A stretch of DNA of 23,767 nucleotides, taken from contig JBGCFM010000034.1 in NCBI GenBank assembly GCA_045106895.1, forward strand, positions 1-23,767, given 5' to 3'. Numbering within the stretch: position 1 is the first letter of the stretch; the number at the start of each line of letters is the position of its first letter. Positions 15,377-23,712 of the stretch are shown here, in pieces. The notes below the pieces were generated by a model. That model made no database searches. It was not told the DNA's origin and saw only the letters and a list, made by a program, of their open reading frames with translations. The DNA is from Polyangiales bacterium. Lineage in GTDB: Bacteria; Myxococcota_A; Polyangia; Polyangiales; Houyiibacteriaceae. Made by a program: the position numbers and the translations under genes.

Positions 15377-18300
15377 ATGATGAGCAAAGCGTTGCGACTG
15401 AGTGCTCTTTTTCTTGTGATCCTCGCGTCGTGCTCTGCGCCTCGTGACGCCATCGTCCGCGTGGAGGTTTCGACGTCGCTCGCTGCCGGCGTCGACTTCG
15501 TTTGGGTCGATACGGATCTCTCGTCTTACGCGGAGGGGCTACCATCCGAGCTTCTGCAGCGTGAGCAACTCCGCGTTCGCTACGAAAGAACAGGAGCCAC
15601 CGAGTGGTCCCAAGGCGTGCTCAGCGCCGAGTTCGAGGGCGTTCGCTCCGGGTCCTATATCGTTCGCGTGGCGTTGCGGACCGCCGGGGACGACGCCGTG
15701 TTGGTGCAGGATCTCGTCGCCGACATCGATGGAGACACGACGCTCCGGCTTCGCCTCGACCGAGGGTGCATCGCTACCGAGTGCCCTTCCGCCGGCGGCT
15801 CCGCTGCGCTGAGTGCGTGCCGCCAGGCCGCGTGTGTTGATCCTCGGTGTGACCCCACCGACGTCACAACGCGCGATGAGCTCTGCCCGGACGTAACATT
15901 CTGTGACGCGGACTCCGACTGCGAACCCCCCGCCGCGGAGTGTGCCGCGGCGTACTGCGTGGATGGCACCTGCATCGACGCGCCATCATCCAGCGACGTT
16001 TGTCCAACCGGCGAGTACTGTGACACCCGCCTCGGCTGTCGTTCTCTCAGCGACCCCTTGCCGGAATGCGGCACCCTCTGCGACCTGTCGGACGACGACT
16101 GCGCCGTCGGATACTGGAATTGTGACCTCGCCTCACCGAGCTGTGACCCTGTCTCTGCGGTGCCTACCGGGAGCATGTGTCGCCGCGGGGCTGCGATGGG
16201 CTCCTGCGATCAGCGCGGCGAATGCGTCGATTGTCTCGAGGGCGCGACCTGCGTCGTCGGCTGTCTCATCGGTCGCCAGGTCTGCACCGAGGCCGGCGTC
16301 GTTTGCGACACCTCCGACTTCGAGCTCGCGATGGTGGGTTCCGACTGCATCCAGTCGACCGGTCGACCCGGTTTCTGTGACGAGACCGGCGGCTGCATGG
16401 GATGCCCGGTGGGCGGATGCACGGAGGAAGTGTGCAACGGAATCGACGACGACAGCGACGGCACCATCGATGAAGACGCTGCCGACGCCATCGTTTACTA
16501 CACCGACACCGATGGCGACTCGTTTGGTTCGACTCCCCTCGAGCCAACTTGCGAGCAGCCACCCCGAACCGCCTCCGTCGGCGGCGACTGCGATGACGAC
16601 AACAGAGAGCAGTTCCCCGGCGCGCCGACGTTCTGCAACGAGCTCGATGACGACTGTGATGGCGACTTCGACGAAGACATGCCGACTTGGTACCTCGATG
16701 AGGACGGCGATGGCTTTGGTGGTGAGGTCGCGGCGGTCGCTTGTGCTGGACCTCCTGGAAGCGTCGGAACACCCGGCGACTGCGACGACGAGCGCAACGC
16801 CGTCTTCCCGGGCGCCGCGGAGATCTGCGACGGCATCGACAATAACTGCGCGGGTGGTGCCGACGAGGGTGACCCAGGCGGCGGCGAGAGTTGCGGTTCG
16901 GATGTCGGCGCTTGTTCTCCTGGGGCGCTGCGCTGCGCAGGTGGGATGCTCGTCTGTGTGGGCGACACCGGTCCCAGCGATGAAACTTGCGACGGCGTCG
17001 ACAACAACTGCGATGGCAGCGTAGACGACGGAAACCCCGGCGGTGGAGCGGCCTGCGACCCGGACGGGGTCTGCACCTTCGGCACCGAAGGCTGCTTCGA
17101 TGGCGCGCTCAGTTGCCAACCGGGACCGGAATGCGACTGCGTTCCCGACTTGCCATGCGTTCCATCGAACGTCTGCGAGCATATGGGCGTCACAGTTTGT
17201 ATGGGCGGCGTGTCTTCATGCAGCGGGACGCCCCGAACCGGCGCGTGCGGCGTAGAAGACATCGGGGAATGGAGCGTGTGCGCCGGATTCGATGATATCT
17301 GCGATGAGACGGGCACTCAGTCGCGCCGCGTCGTGCGACCGATGTGTGTCGATGGTGGTTGCGACAGCACCCCCCAGACGGAGACACGGGATTGTCAGCG
17401 TGACCAAGAGAACGTCGTCTGTGGCGAGAGCACCACGGTTCCAGGCGCGGACTGCGCCTTCATGACCTCTTGTGCAGAGGACGGAGTCAGCACCCGCATT
17501 CGCACGGACTTCAGCTGTCGCGACGCGGTGTGCGAAGGAGCGGACACGACGCTCTTTGATCCATGCACCCGGGACACGGACGGTACGAGCTGCGGCAGAG
17601 TGACCTTCGGCGAATGGGGCGAGTGCGAGTTCTCCGCCGTCTGCGCCAACGCGGGTACTCAGACACGCGACATTATCCGACCACTATGCCGCGTCGGGAT
17701 GTGCGACATGCAGGTTTCCGAGGACTCGCGCGCGTGCACACGTAACACGACCGGGGACGTTTGTGCCGGGCCGGACTTTGGCCCATGGACGGCTTGTGGT
17801 CCAAATGCGGCGCTTCCCGTTTGCTCCATGACCGGCATTCGCGCTCGCGACTTCACACGCACCTTGTGCGAGGCCGGAACTTGCTCTGACGTCGACACGG
17901 GCAAGGAGAACGAATCCTGTCCTCTCGAGACCGACGGCAATAGCTGCGGCGACGAAGAGCCCGGACCGTGGGGAGCGTGCGAGTTTGAAGATCAGTGCAG
18001 CGTGGAAGGGCGTCGTTCGCGGACGGTGCGAGTATTCGAGTGTTCCGGCGGAGGCTGCGACACGACAACACGCACCGAAGTGGGGAGCTGTAGCCGCGAA
18101 ACGACAGGCAACCCCTGCGCGGTGAGCCCGATCGAAGGTTGGTCTGAGTGCATTCTCGACGACTGCCGAAGCACCGAGGGGAGTGAGTTTCACATTGATG
18201 ATGGAGTCTGCCGATTAGGGACTTGCTTTGCCGGCGGAGAAGGGACCTCGAAGTACGCGATTTCCCGAGCCTGCACCGTGCCGCGAACCGAAGGCGAAGT

Positions 18301-18442
18301 GTGCGCCGGACCGGACATGTGCGGCATTGGCATCTGCCGAGAGAATCGATGCACCGCGGAGCCTCTCGAATGTGGGCGCCTCACCTGCTGCTACGACGAA
18401 TGTGTGAGCGGCGAATGCGGTGGAAGCGGCGGGCCCGTCTAG
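15377..18442 (+). CDS. Large Cys-rich surface lipoprotein (1021 aa) with MopE-like putative metal-binding repeats and TSP1-like repeats
   Basis: ATG 15377 follows GGAGG; lipobox ILAS/C. It has four C(N/D)xxD(D/N)(D/N)xxGxxD(E/D) repeats and two Y.D.DGD.FG...DCDD units. Six ~58-aa repeats follow, most with G.W..C...C...G...R. Confidence 0.85.
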   Translation: MMSKALRLSALFLVILASCSAPRDAIVRVEVSTSLAAGVDFVWVDTDLSSYAEGLPSELLQREQLRVRYERTGATEWSQGVLSAEFEGVRSGSYIVRVALRTAGDDAVLVQDLVADIDGDTTLRLRLDRGCIATECPSAGGSAALSACRQAACVDPRCDPTDVTTRDELCPDVTFCDADSDCEPPAAECAAAYCVDGTCIDAPSSSDVCPTGEYCDTRLGCRSLSDPLPECGTLCDLSDDDCAVGYWNCDLASPSCDPVSAVPTGSMCRRGAAMGSCDQRGECVDCLEGATCVVGCLIGRQVCTEAGVVCDTSDFELAMVGSDCIQSTGRPGFCDETGGCMGCPVGGCTEEVCNGIDDDSDGTIDEDAADAIVYYTDTDGDSFGSTPLEPTCEQPPRTASVGGDCDDDNREQFPGAPTFCNELDDDCDGDFDEDMPTWYLDEDGDGFGGEVAAVACAGPPGSVGTPGDCDDERNAVFPGAAEICDGIDNNCAGGADEGDPGGGESCGSDVGACSPGALRCAGGMLVCVGDTGPSDETCDGVDNNCDGSVDDGNPGGGAACDPDGVCTFGTEGCFDGALSCQPGPECDCVPDLPCVPSNVCEHMGVTVCMGGVSSCSGTPRTGACGVEDIGEWSVCAGFDDICDETGTQSRRVVRPMCVDGGCDSTPQTETRDCQRDQENVVCGESTTVPGADCAFMTSCAEDGVSTRIRTDFSCRDAVCEGADTTLFDPCTRDTDGTSCGRVTFGEWGECEFSAVCANAGTQTRDIIRPLCRVGMCDMQVSEDSRACTRNTTGDVCAGPDFGPWTACGPNAALPVCSMTGIRARDFTRTLCEAGTCSDVDTGKENESCPLETDGNSCGDEEPGPWGACEFEDQCSVEGRRSRTVRVFECSGGGCDTTTRTEVGSCSRETTGNPCAVSPIEGWSECILDDCRSTEGSEFHIDDGVCRLGTCFAGGEGTSKYAISRACTVPRTEGEVCAGPDMCGIGICRENRCTAEPLECGRLTCCYDECVSGECGGSGGPV
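16427..17030 (+). repeat. Asp/Cys-rich putative metal-binding (MopE-like) repeats, 4 copies
   Basis: EVCNGIDDDSDGTIDE, FCNELDDDCDGDFDE, EICDGIDNNCAGGADE, ETCDGVDNNCDGSVDD. Confidence 0.8.
17246..18305 (+). repeat. Thrombospondin type-1-like protein repeats, 6 copies (~58 aa each)
   Basis: Units begin GEWSVC, PGADC, GEWGEC, GPWTAC, GPWGAC and EGWSEC. Each is generally followed by C...G...R......C..G.C......C.R.T.G..C. Confidence 0.7.
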
Positions 18443-18467
18443 CAGGACCACGACTTTTGGGCGCGAC

Positions 18468-20045
18468 CTAAAAGAGGTCGCGCCGGAGTCGGTTCGCGCG
18501 ATTCATCGTGGACGATGGGTCTTCATCCACCGGCGAATCCATGTTCTGAGAGTCCATGCTTTCATCGTCGTTGGTCTGCGACGTCTGCATTTCCGCCACG
18601 GTGTCGCTCGTCATTGCGGTGGTGTTGCTGTTTCGCGTTTCACCCGCGCCTCGTCGCTCCCGGCGGCCTCGTGGCGTCTCGCGAGGAGTGGGAGTCGTCA
18701 CCTCCGGGGGCTCTGTTTCCGTTTCGACGACAACGTCCGCGGGTGGTTCGTGAACAACGACTTGGCCGGCGCCGATGGGATCTTCTTCGGCCATTGGCTC
18801 GCCCTGGGGCAGACCCCCGATCGCCTCCGGCACGAGTTGCTCGATGCTCGTCTCCTCCTCTTCGGCGGAGCCCATCTCCGTAAACCCTGCCACCACACCT
18901 CCTCCAATGGAGAGGGTCACGACGAGGGCAGGCAACACCCAGGACGGCTTCTTCCTTGGAGTGACGCCCGCCTGAGAGTCCGGAATGAATGAGCCGCCAT
19001 CGACGAACGTGTGATCCGGCGCGCCTGCCTTGAGGCGGATTTCACTTCGGGCTTGTTCTTGGGGAGACTCGTGTTCACTTTGCGAATCGCGCTTCGTCCG
19101 TAAATCGGCGAAGTGCTCGGCGGTCTTGTCACGGCGCAGCTGAAGCGCCGCGCCCCCCAGAGTCTCGACGAACTTTCCGAGCGTGGTTCGGGAGCCCTCG
19201 GCGAACTTCCCGAGAGCGTCGCCGAACTCCGCTGCGCTTGAGTAGCGCTGGTCGGGGTCTCGTTGAATCGCTTTGTCCAGGGCCTCGGCGAGCTCGGGGT
19301 TGATGTCCGGGAGGAGTTCCCGCGTTGGTTGAATCTCCTCATCGAGGAGCTTGCGAACCGTCTCAGCGCTGCTGCTGCTTTTCCCGAACAGTCCCTTTCC
19401 GCTCAACGCCTGTCGCATGACGACCCCGAGGGAGAAGATGTCTGCACGCCGGTCGATCTCACCGCGCAGCTGCTCCGGCGCGCAGTAGTTGAGCTTGCCC
19501 TTGAACTCTCCGTGCTGCGTTTGAGTCATGCGCTCAAGTCCACGAGCGACACCGAAGTCCGCGAGCCGAACGCGGCCGTCGACCCCGACAAGCAAGTTCT
19601 GCGGCGAGACGTCTCGGTGAACAAGTTCAAGGAGTTCGCCGGCGGGGGTGCGTGCTTCGTGTGCGTCGTGAAGGCCCGCGGCGGCCTGCTGAATGACGTA
19701 GCAGACCATTCCAACGTCCATCTTGTGGGTCGGAATTTTGAGCATGTCAGAGAGCGAGAGCCCCTCAACGAGTTCCATCACCAAGAAGGGGGCCCCGTCG
19801 TCCGCTACGTCGGCGTCGATGAGAGCGACGACGTTCGGGCTGACGATGCACGAGGCGAGGTGGGCCTCATCGAGGAACATGCGGACGTATTTCTCATCGT
19901 CGGCGAACTGCGGGAGGATGCGTTTGATCGCGACGGGTCGTTGCGCCGCCGCAACTTTTTGGGCGCCCACCCAGACTTCAGCCATTCCACCCGCGGCAAG
20001 CGGGTAGAGCGCGCGGTAGCGCGGTCCAAGCTGAGGGGGTTCCAC
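18468..20045 (-). CDS. Hanks-type (eukaryotic-like) serine/threonine protein kinase, membrane-anchored
   Basis: Motifs LAAGGMAEV, VAIKRI, FLDEA, HRDVSPQNLL, LADFGVA, GKLNYCAPEQ and DIFSLG. A TM helix (WVLPALVVTLSIGGGVVAGF) is followed by an acidic, disordered C-terminal tail. Confidence 0.95.
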   Translation of the reverse strand: MEPPQLGPRYRALYPLAAGGMAEVWVGAQKVAAAQRPVAIKRILPQFADDEKYVRMFLDEAHLASCIVSPNVVALIDADVADDGAPFLVMELVEGLSLSDMLKIPTHKMDVGMVCYVIQQAAAGLHDAHEARTPAGELLELVHRDVSPQNLLVGVDGRVRLADFGVARGLERMTQTQHGEFKGKLNYCAPEQLRGEIDRRADIFSLGVVMRQALSGKGLFGKSSSSAETVRKLLDEEIQPTRELLPDINPELAEALDKAIQRDPDQRYSSAAEFGDALGKFAEGSRTTLGKFVETLGGAALQLRRDKTAEHFADLRTKRDSQSEHESPQEQARSEIRLKAGAPDHTFVDGGSFIPDSQAGVTPRKKPSWVLPALVVTLSIGGGVVAGFTEMGSAEEEETSIEQLVPEAIGGLPQGEPMAEEDPIGAGQVVVHEPPADVVVETETEPPEVTTPTPRETPRGRRERRGAGETRNSNTTAMTSDTVAEMQTSQTNDDESMDSQNMDSPVDEDPSSTMNRANRLRRDLF

Positions 20046-20051
20046 GGGTCG

Positions 20052-20057
20052 ATTCTA
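20052..20057 (-). promoter_or_regulatory. Putative -10 element (TAGAAT), leaderless promoter of the kinase
   Basis: On the minus strand, TAGAAT lies 6 nt before GTG 20045. Confidence 0.55.
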
Positions 20058-20177
20058 CCCGAATCGAGCCTTCTACGTGACCCGATCCGGTGAAACAGCC
20101 TCTGTTCTCGCGTGTTTTCCTGCTTTTTCATCGCGAAAAGCGAGGCCTCGCCAGCTTCAGCCCGCCTCGCGACGCTC

Positions 20178-20206
20178 TTGACCTCTACGGGATCCGCACG
20201 GACACT
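20178..20206 (+). promoter_or_regulatory. Putative sigma70 promoter (TTGACC-17 bp-GACACT)
   Basis: TTGACC at 20178-20183, a 17-bp spacer, GACACT at 20201-20206, then 6 nt to GTG 20213. Confidence 0.45.
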
Positions 20207-20212
20207 CCCGGC

Positions 20213-20626
20213 GTGTGGATCCTGCTCCAAGCTTCGGAAAACGCCGCTGAACTCCCCGCGGGATACGGAGCGGCGCTTCTTCAGGGCATCATTTCACTGG
20301 GCGCTGTTTGCATTTTGGCGTGGGTACTCCTGCGTTTTGGAGCGCGGCGTGGTTTGGGCACAGGCGGCGGGCAGCGCATCAAGGTCTTGGAGCGCGCAAA
20401 CCTAGATGCACGACGGAGCCTCTACATCGTCGAGGTGGGCGAGAAGTGTCTTCTCCTCGGCGCCGGCGACACCGGGGGGCCCGAGCTCATCACCGAGCTC
20501 GACGCGAGCACGTTGCCGCCAGCGCCGCCCCAGACGAGTTTTCGTGATGTGCTCCAGCGCATCGGGGCTAGAGATTCATCCGCCAAGGCTTCGGACAACG
20601 AAGCTGAAGATGTCGCCGAAACCTGA
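20213..20626 (+). CDS. fliO: FliO/FliZ-family protein (flagellar/T3SS export-gate chaperone-like)
   Basis: A TM helix (IISLGAVCILAWVLLRF) is followed by RIKVLERANLDARRSLYIVEVGEKCLLLGAG...LITELD, the classic FliO pattern. Start set at GTG 20213; the ORF track begins at 20090. Confidence 0.82.
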   Translation: MWILLQASENAAELPAGYGAALLQGIISLGAVCILAWVLLRFGARRGLGTGGGQRIKVLERANLDARRSLYIVEVGEKCLLLGAGDTGGPELITELDASTLPPAPPQTSFRDVLQRIGARDSSAKASDNEAEDVAET

Positions 20627-20652
20627 GCGCCCTTAGGCTCAGCCGAGCGGTG

Positions 20653-20661
20653 TGCTATACG
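20653..20661 (+). promoter_or_regulatory. Putative extended -10 element (TGcTATACG)
   Basis: Lies 6 nt before ATG 20668. No SD is visible. Confidence 0.4.
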
Positions 20662-20667
20662 GCGGCC

Positions 20668-21867
20668 ATGTCTCGCCTCGGAACACGTCTTTCAGTGGTT
20701 CAACCCTCGGCTACGGTGGCCATCGCGACCAAAGCCAAGCAGCTCAAGGCCCAGGGGGTCGATGTGCTGAGCTTTAGCGTCGGTGAACCGGATTTTGACA
20801 CCCCAGCGCACATCCGCGAGGCGGCCAAAGCCGCCATCGATGAGGGCGCGACACGCTACACAGCTGCACGTGGAACACTCGAGCTACGCAAAGCTATCTG
20901 CGCAGCGAGCGAGCGCCGTCGAGGCATGAAGCACTCGCCGGCCGAGGTCGTTGTGTCCGTGGGTGCCAAGCACACCCTCTTCAACCTCTCGATGGTACTG
21001 CTCGATCCAGGTGATGAGGTCATCATCCCAGCACCCCACTGGGTCAGCTACCCCGCGCAGGTCCAGATCGCCGGCGCAACCCCCGTTATTGTGGAGGCGA
21101 GCGCCGAGGCGGGCTATCTCATGAGCCCCGCTCAGCTGAAAGAGGCGCTGACACCAAAGACGAAGGCCGTGGTCTTGTGTTCGCCCTCCAACCCCACCGG
21201 CGCCGCCTACGACCGCGCGCGGCTCGAAGCGATGGCGGCGGTTCTTCGCGAGCACGACTGCTGGATCATTATCGACGAGATCTACGGCGAACTCGTCTAC
21301 GGCGATTTCGAGCAGCACTCGCTTCTGAGCGTCGCGCCGGACTTGCGTGAGCGTGTCGTCATCGTCGACGGCGTGAGCAAGACCTACGCGATGACCGGCT
21401 GGCGCATCGGCTGGATGCTTGGACCAGAGCGTTTGACGAACGAGTGCAACAAGCTGCAGAGCCAAAGCACCACCGGTCCGACCACGGTCGCTCAGTTTGC
21501 TGCGCAGGCTGCGCTTGAGGCGCCCCAAGAGAGCGTCGAGGCGATGCGTCAAGCCTTTGAAGGCCGTCGCGACCACCTCGTCGCCGCGCTGCGCAAGATA
21601 GACGGCGTGAAGTGCGCGATGCCTCAGGGGGCGTTCTACGCGTTCCCCGACGTGAGCGCTTTCATCGGCGGCAAGGTCGGCGGACGCGTGCTTGAGACGG
21701 ACATCGATCTCTGCTCCTACCTCCTTGATGATGCGCGCTGTGCGTTCGTCCCGGGCTCTCCTTTCGGTGCCCCCGGTCACCTTCGTTTCAGCTACGCCGT
21801 CAGCATCGATACCCTTGACGCAGGCGTCGCTCGACTGACCAAAGCCCTCGCCGCCATCGAACGTTGA
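20668..21867 (+). CDS. aspC: PLP-dependent class I aminotransferase (aspartate aminotransferase-like)
   Basis: Motifs VGEPDFDTP, GAKHTLF, SPSNPTG, IDEIY, PLP-lysine motif SKTYAMTGWRIG, PQGAFY and HLRFSYA. Confidence 0.92.
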   Translation: MSRLGTRLSVVQPSATVAIATKAKQLKAQGVDVLSFSVGEPDFDTPAHIREAAKAAIDEGATRYTAARGTLELRKAICAASERRRGMKHSPAEVVVSVGAKHTLFNLSMVLLDPGDEVIIPAPHWVSYPAQVQIAGATPVIVEASAEAGYLMSPAQLKEALTPKTKAVVLCSPSNPTGAAYDRARLEAMAAVLREHDCWIIIDEIYGELVYGDFEQHSLLSVAPDLRERVVIVDGVSKTYAMTGWRIGWMLGPERLTNECNKLQSQSTTGPTTVAQFAAQAALEAPQESVEAMRQAFEGRRDHLVAALRKIDGVKCAMPQGAFYAFPDVSAFIGGKVGGRVLETDIDLCSYLLDDARCAFVPGSPFGAPGHLRFSYAVSIDTLDAGVARLTKALAAIER

Positions 21868-21964
21868 GGCTTTTGGCGCGCTCACGCCCCTGAAAACACT
21901 GAATGTTCGGCGTTTTGACGCGCGCCATCTCGGGATTCGTCCTTCACGGAAGGCGTCTGATGGT

Positions 21965-21970
21965 TATTGT
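21965..21970 (+). promoter_or_regulatory. Putative -10 element (TATTGT), leaderless promoter
   Basis: TATTGT lies 7 nt before ATG 21978. Confidence 0.5.
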
Positions 21971-21977
21971 GGCGGCC

Positions 21978-22622
21978 ATGTCACACACACCATCGACGCG
22001 CGCCCTCGCCTTCGCGGCTGCACTTCTACCTCTTTTGGCAGCGTGTGAGAGTGAGATGAGCGCGCGCGTACGAGAAGCCGGCGAGCTCGCAGAAGGCTCA
22101 CCCGTGACCCTGGCTGGCGTGCGCGTCGGCGAAGTAAAGGGCATCGAGGTGGCTGGCGGCGACGCTCCTGTCCTCGTTCGCTTCGCGGTGGAAGGCAACA
22201 ACCAAGAAGCCATCGCGGCGGGCGCTTGCTCGCGTGCGGAAGGGGGAACCTTGGTCCTGCAGGCGGGCACCGACACCCCCGTCGTTGAAGGGCAGATCAG
22301 CGCGTGCGAACCAGGGCTTCTCGATGGCCTCCGAGGCGCAGGGGAGTTGCTTCGGGGCGCCGTCGAAGGAGTGCGCGAGGGCGTGCAAGAAGAGCTGCGC
22401 CAGGGTTTGGGTCTACCGAACAACAACAACGGCGAAGGTGTAGGCGTCGATCTGACACGCGAAGCCGGGCGCCAGGCCGGCGAGCAGATTCGTGGCGCCG
22501 CCGAAGGTGTTCGTGAGGGGCTCGGCGATGATGCGGCGCGCGCTCTGGGACGCGCCGTGGGTCGTGACGCTCAGGAGTTCCAGCGCGGCGTTCAAGAAGG
22601 ACTGGACGAGGGCGCTCAATAA
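21978..22622 (+). CDS. MCE/MlaD-domain lipoprotein with a Gly/Glu/Arg-rich helical tail
   Basis: Lipobox LLAA/C. AGELAEGSPVTLAGVRVGEVKGI matches the MCE signature (a.GL..GspV...Gv.VG.V..i). The tail contains repeated GAxEGVREG. Confidence 0.72.
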   Translation: MSHTPSTRALAFAAALLPLLAACESEMSARVREAGELAEGSPVTLAGVRVGEVKGIEVAGGDAPVLVRFAVEGNNQEAIAAGACSRAEGGTLVLQAGTDTPVVEGQISACEPGLLDGLRGAGELLRGAVEGVREGVQEELRQGLGLPNNNNGEGVGVDLTREAGRQAGEQIRGAAEGVREGLGDDAARALGRAVGRDAQEFQRGVQEGLDEGAQ

Positions 22623-22635
22623 GAGCGTTCACTTG

Positions 22636-23712
22636 TTACACCGCGTAGGCGTTTCGAATCGCCACAATCGCTGGCAATGTTGAGCGGGCGATAAGGGCGC
22701 GTGTCATCAAGAGGGCTCCGACACACCAAAGCAGCAGCGTGAACGGAGTCGTCGGCGCGAAGCCTGCGGCGAGGAGGAGCAGAGTTCCCGCGCCGAGCTG
22801 TTGGTCCGGCTCGGATTCGCTCAGCATTGCGCCGGCGGAGAGCGTGAGGACCGCCATGATCCAAACGACGTAGGTCATCGGCGCTCGCGTGAGCACCAAC
22901 TCCAGATGCGTCGCGCCATAGAAGAGGGGCGAGAAGACCTCCGGGTCCAGGGACTGCCACTGGTTCTGCCAGAAGAGCCCGATGGCCGCGGAAATACCCA
23001 AACCGATGCCAAGGCCGATTCGCATTCGCGTGCTGCGCCAAGGACGCAGTGAGAGCGGTAAGATGATGAGTGCGACCAGGTAACAGAGCTCCCCTGTGCG
23101 GCGAATGGCCATGCCGAGTGGGTGACCGTCTTCCCACCCACTTAGCTGAGCGATGATCAGAACCGTCACTGCACAGAACGAGGAGAAGCTCGCCAAGGTC
23201 ACCAGCGCCGCGCCCGTACGGCTCAGCTTTTGTCCACGCCAGTGCATCGCGATGGTGCCGGTCAACAGGATCAAGACGTGCGCCGCGATGGTCGTGAAGA
23301 GCACGATGAGCGCCGAGGTCCGCTGCATCGGCAGGAGCGTCGCTAGCGTGAGCGTGGGGAGTAGAACACCGGCGAAGCCAGCGATGGTCACGCGCAAGGC
23401 GAGTGGGGTGAAGGGGCGGTAGCGAATCCAGCCGGCGAGCGCCCCATAAAGTGCGACGAGTCCCATCGTCGCGGCTGTGTTCCGAACAACGAGGGCGACG
23501 TTCTGAAGACCCAGGAGGCTCGTGTGGCTCATCGTGTCATCGACGCTCCATGCCCGGAGGATGGCGCGGCCGAAGGACCAATCCGCGAGCGCGGCGAGGG
23601 TGGTGAGCAACGCGAGCGCCGGCACTGCACCCATCGGGGTTCGCCTTGCTGCTTGGGGCTCTCCGGCCGAAGAGACGGGCTCTGCGGGAGACTCGGTCGT
23701 GGGCACGGACAA
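22636..23712 (-). CDS. Hypothetical polytopic membrane protein (~10 TM helices)
   Basis: 358-aa ORF with a succession of ~20-aa hydrophobic segments. No family motif recognised, and the start codon is uncertain. Confidence 0.72.
   Translation of the reverse strand: MSVPTTESPAEPVSSAGEPQAARRTPMGAVPALALLTTLAALADWSFGRAILRAWSVDDTMSHTSLLGLQNVALVVRNTAATMGLVALYGALAGWIRYRPFTPLALRVTIAGFAGVLLPTLTLATLLPMQRTSALIVLFTTIAAHVLILLTGTIAMHWRGQKLSRTGAALVTLASFSSFCAVTVLIIAQLSGWEDGHPLGMAIRRTGELCYLVALIILPLSLRPWRSTRMRIGLGIGLGISAAIGLFWQNQWQSLDPEVFSPLFYGATHLELVLTRAPMTYVVWIMAVLTLSAGAMLSESEPDQQLGAGTLLLLAAGFAPTTPFTLLLWCVGALLMTRALIARSTLPAIVAIRNAYAV

Noticed and set aside
20661..21982. Identical 12-mer GGCGGCCATGTC at the starts of the aminotransferase and MCE genes
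   Set aside because: Short, GC-rich and includes the start codon. It is explained by the shared promoter-to-start geometry or by chance.
22419..22430. (AAC)4 microsatellite
   Set aside because: An in-frame Asn run in a linker. It is too short and triplet-based, so it cannot cause phase variation.
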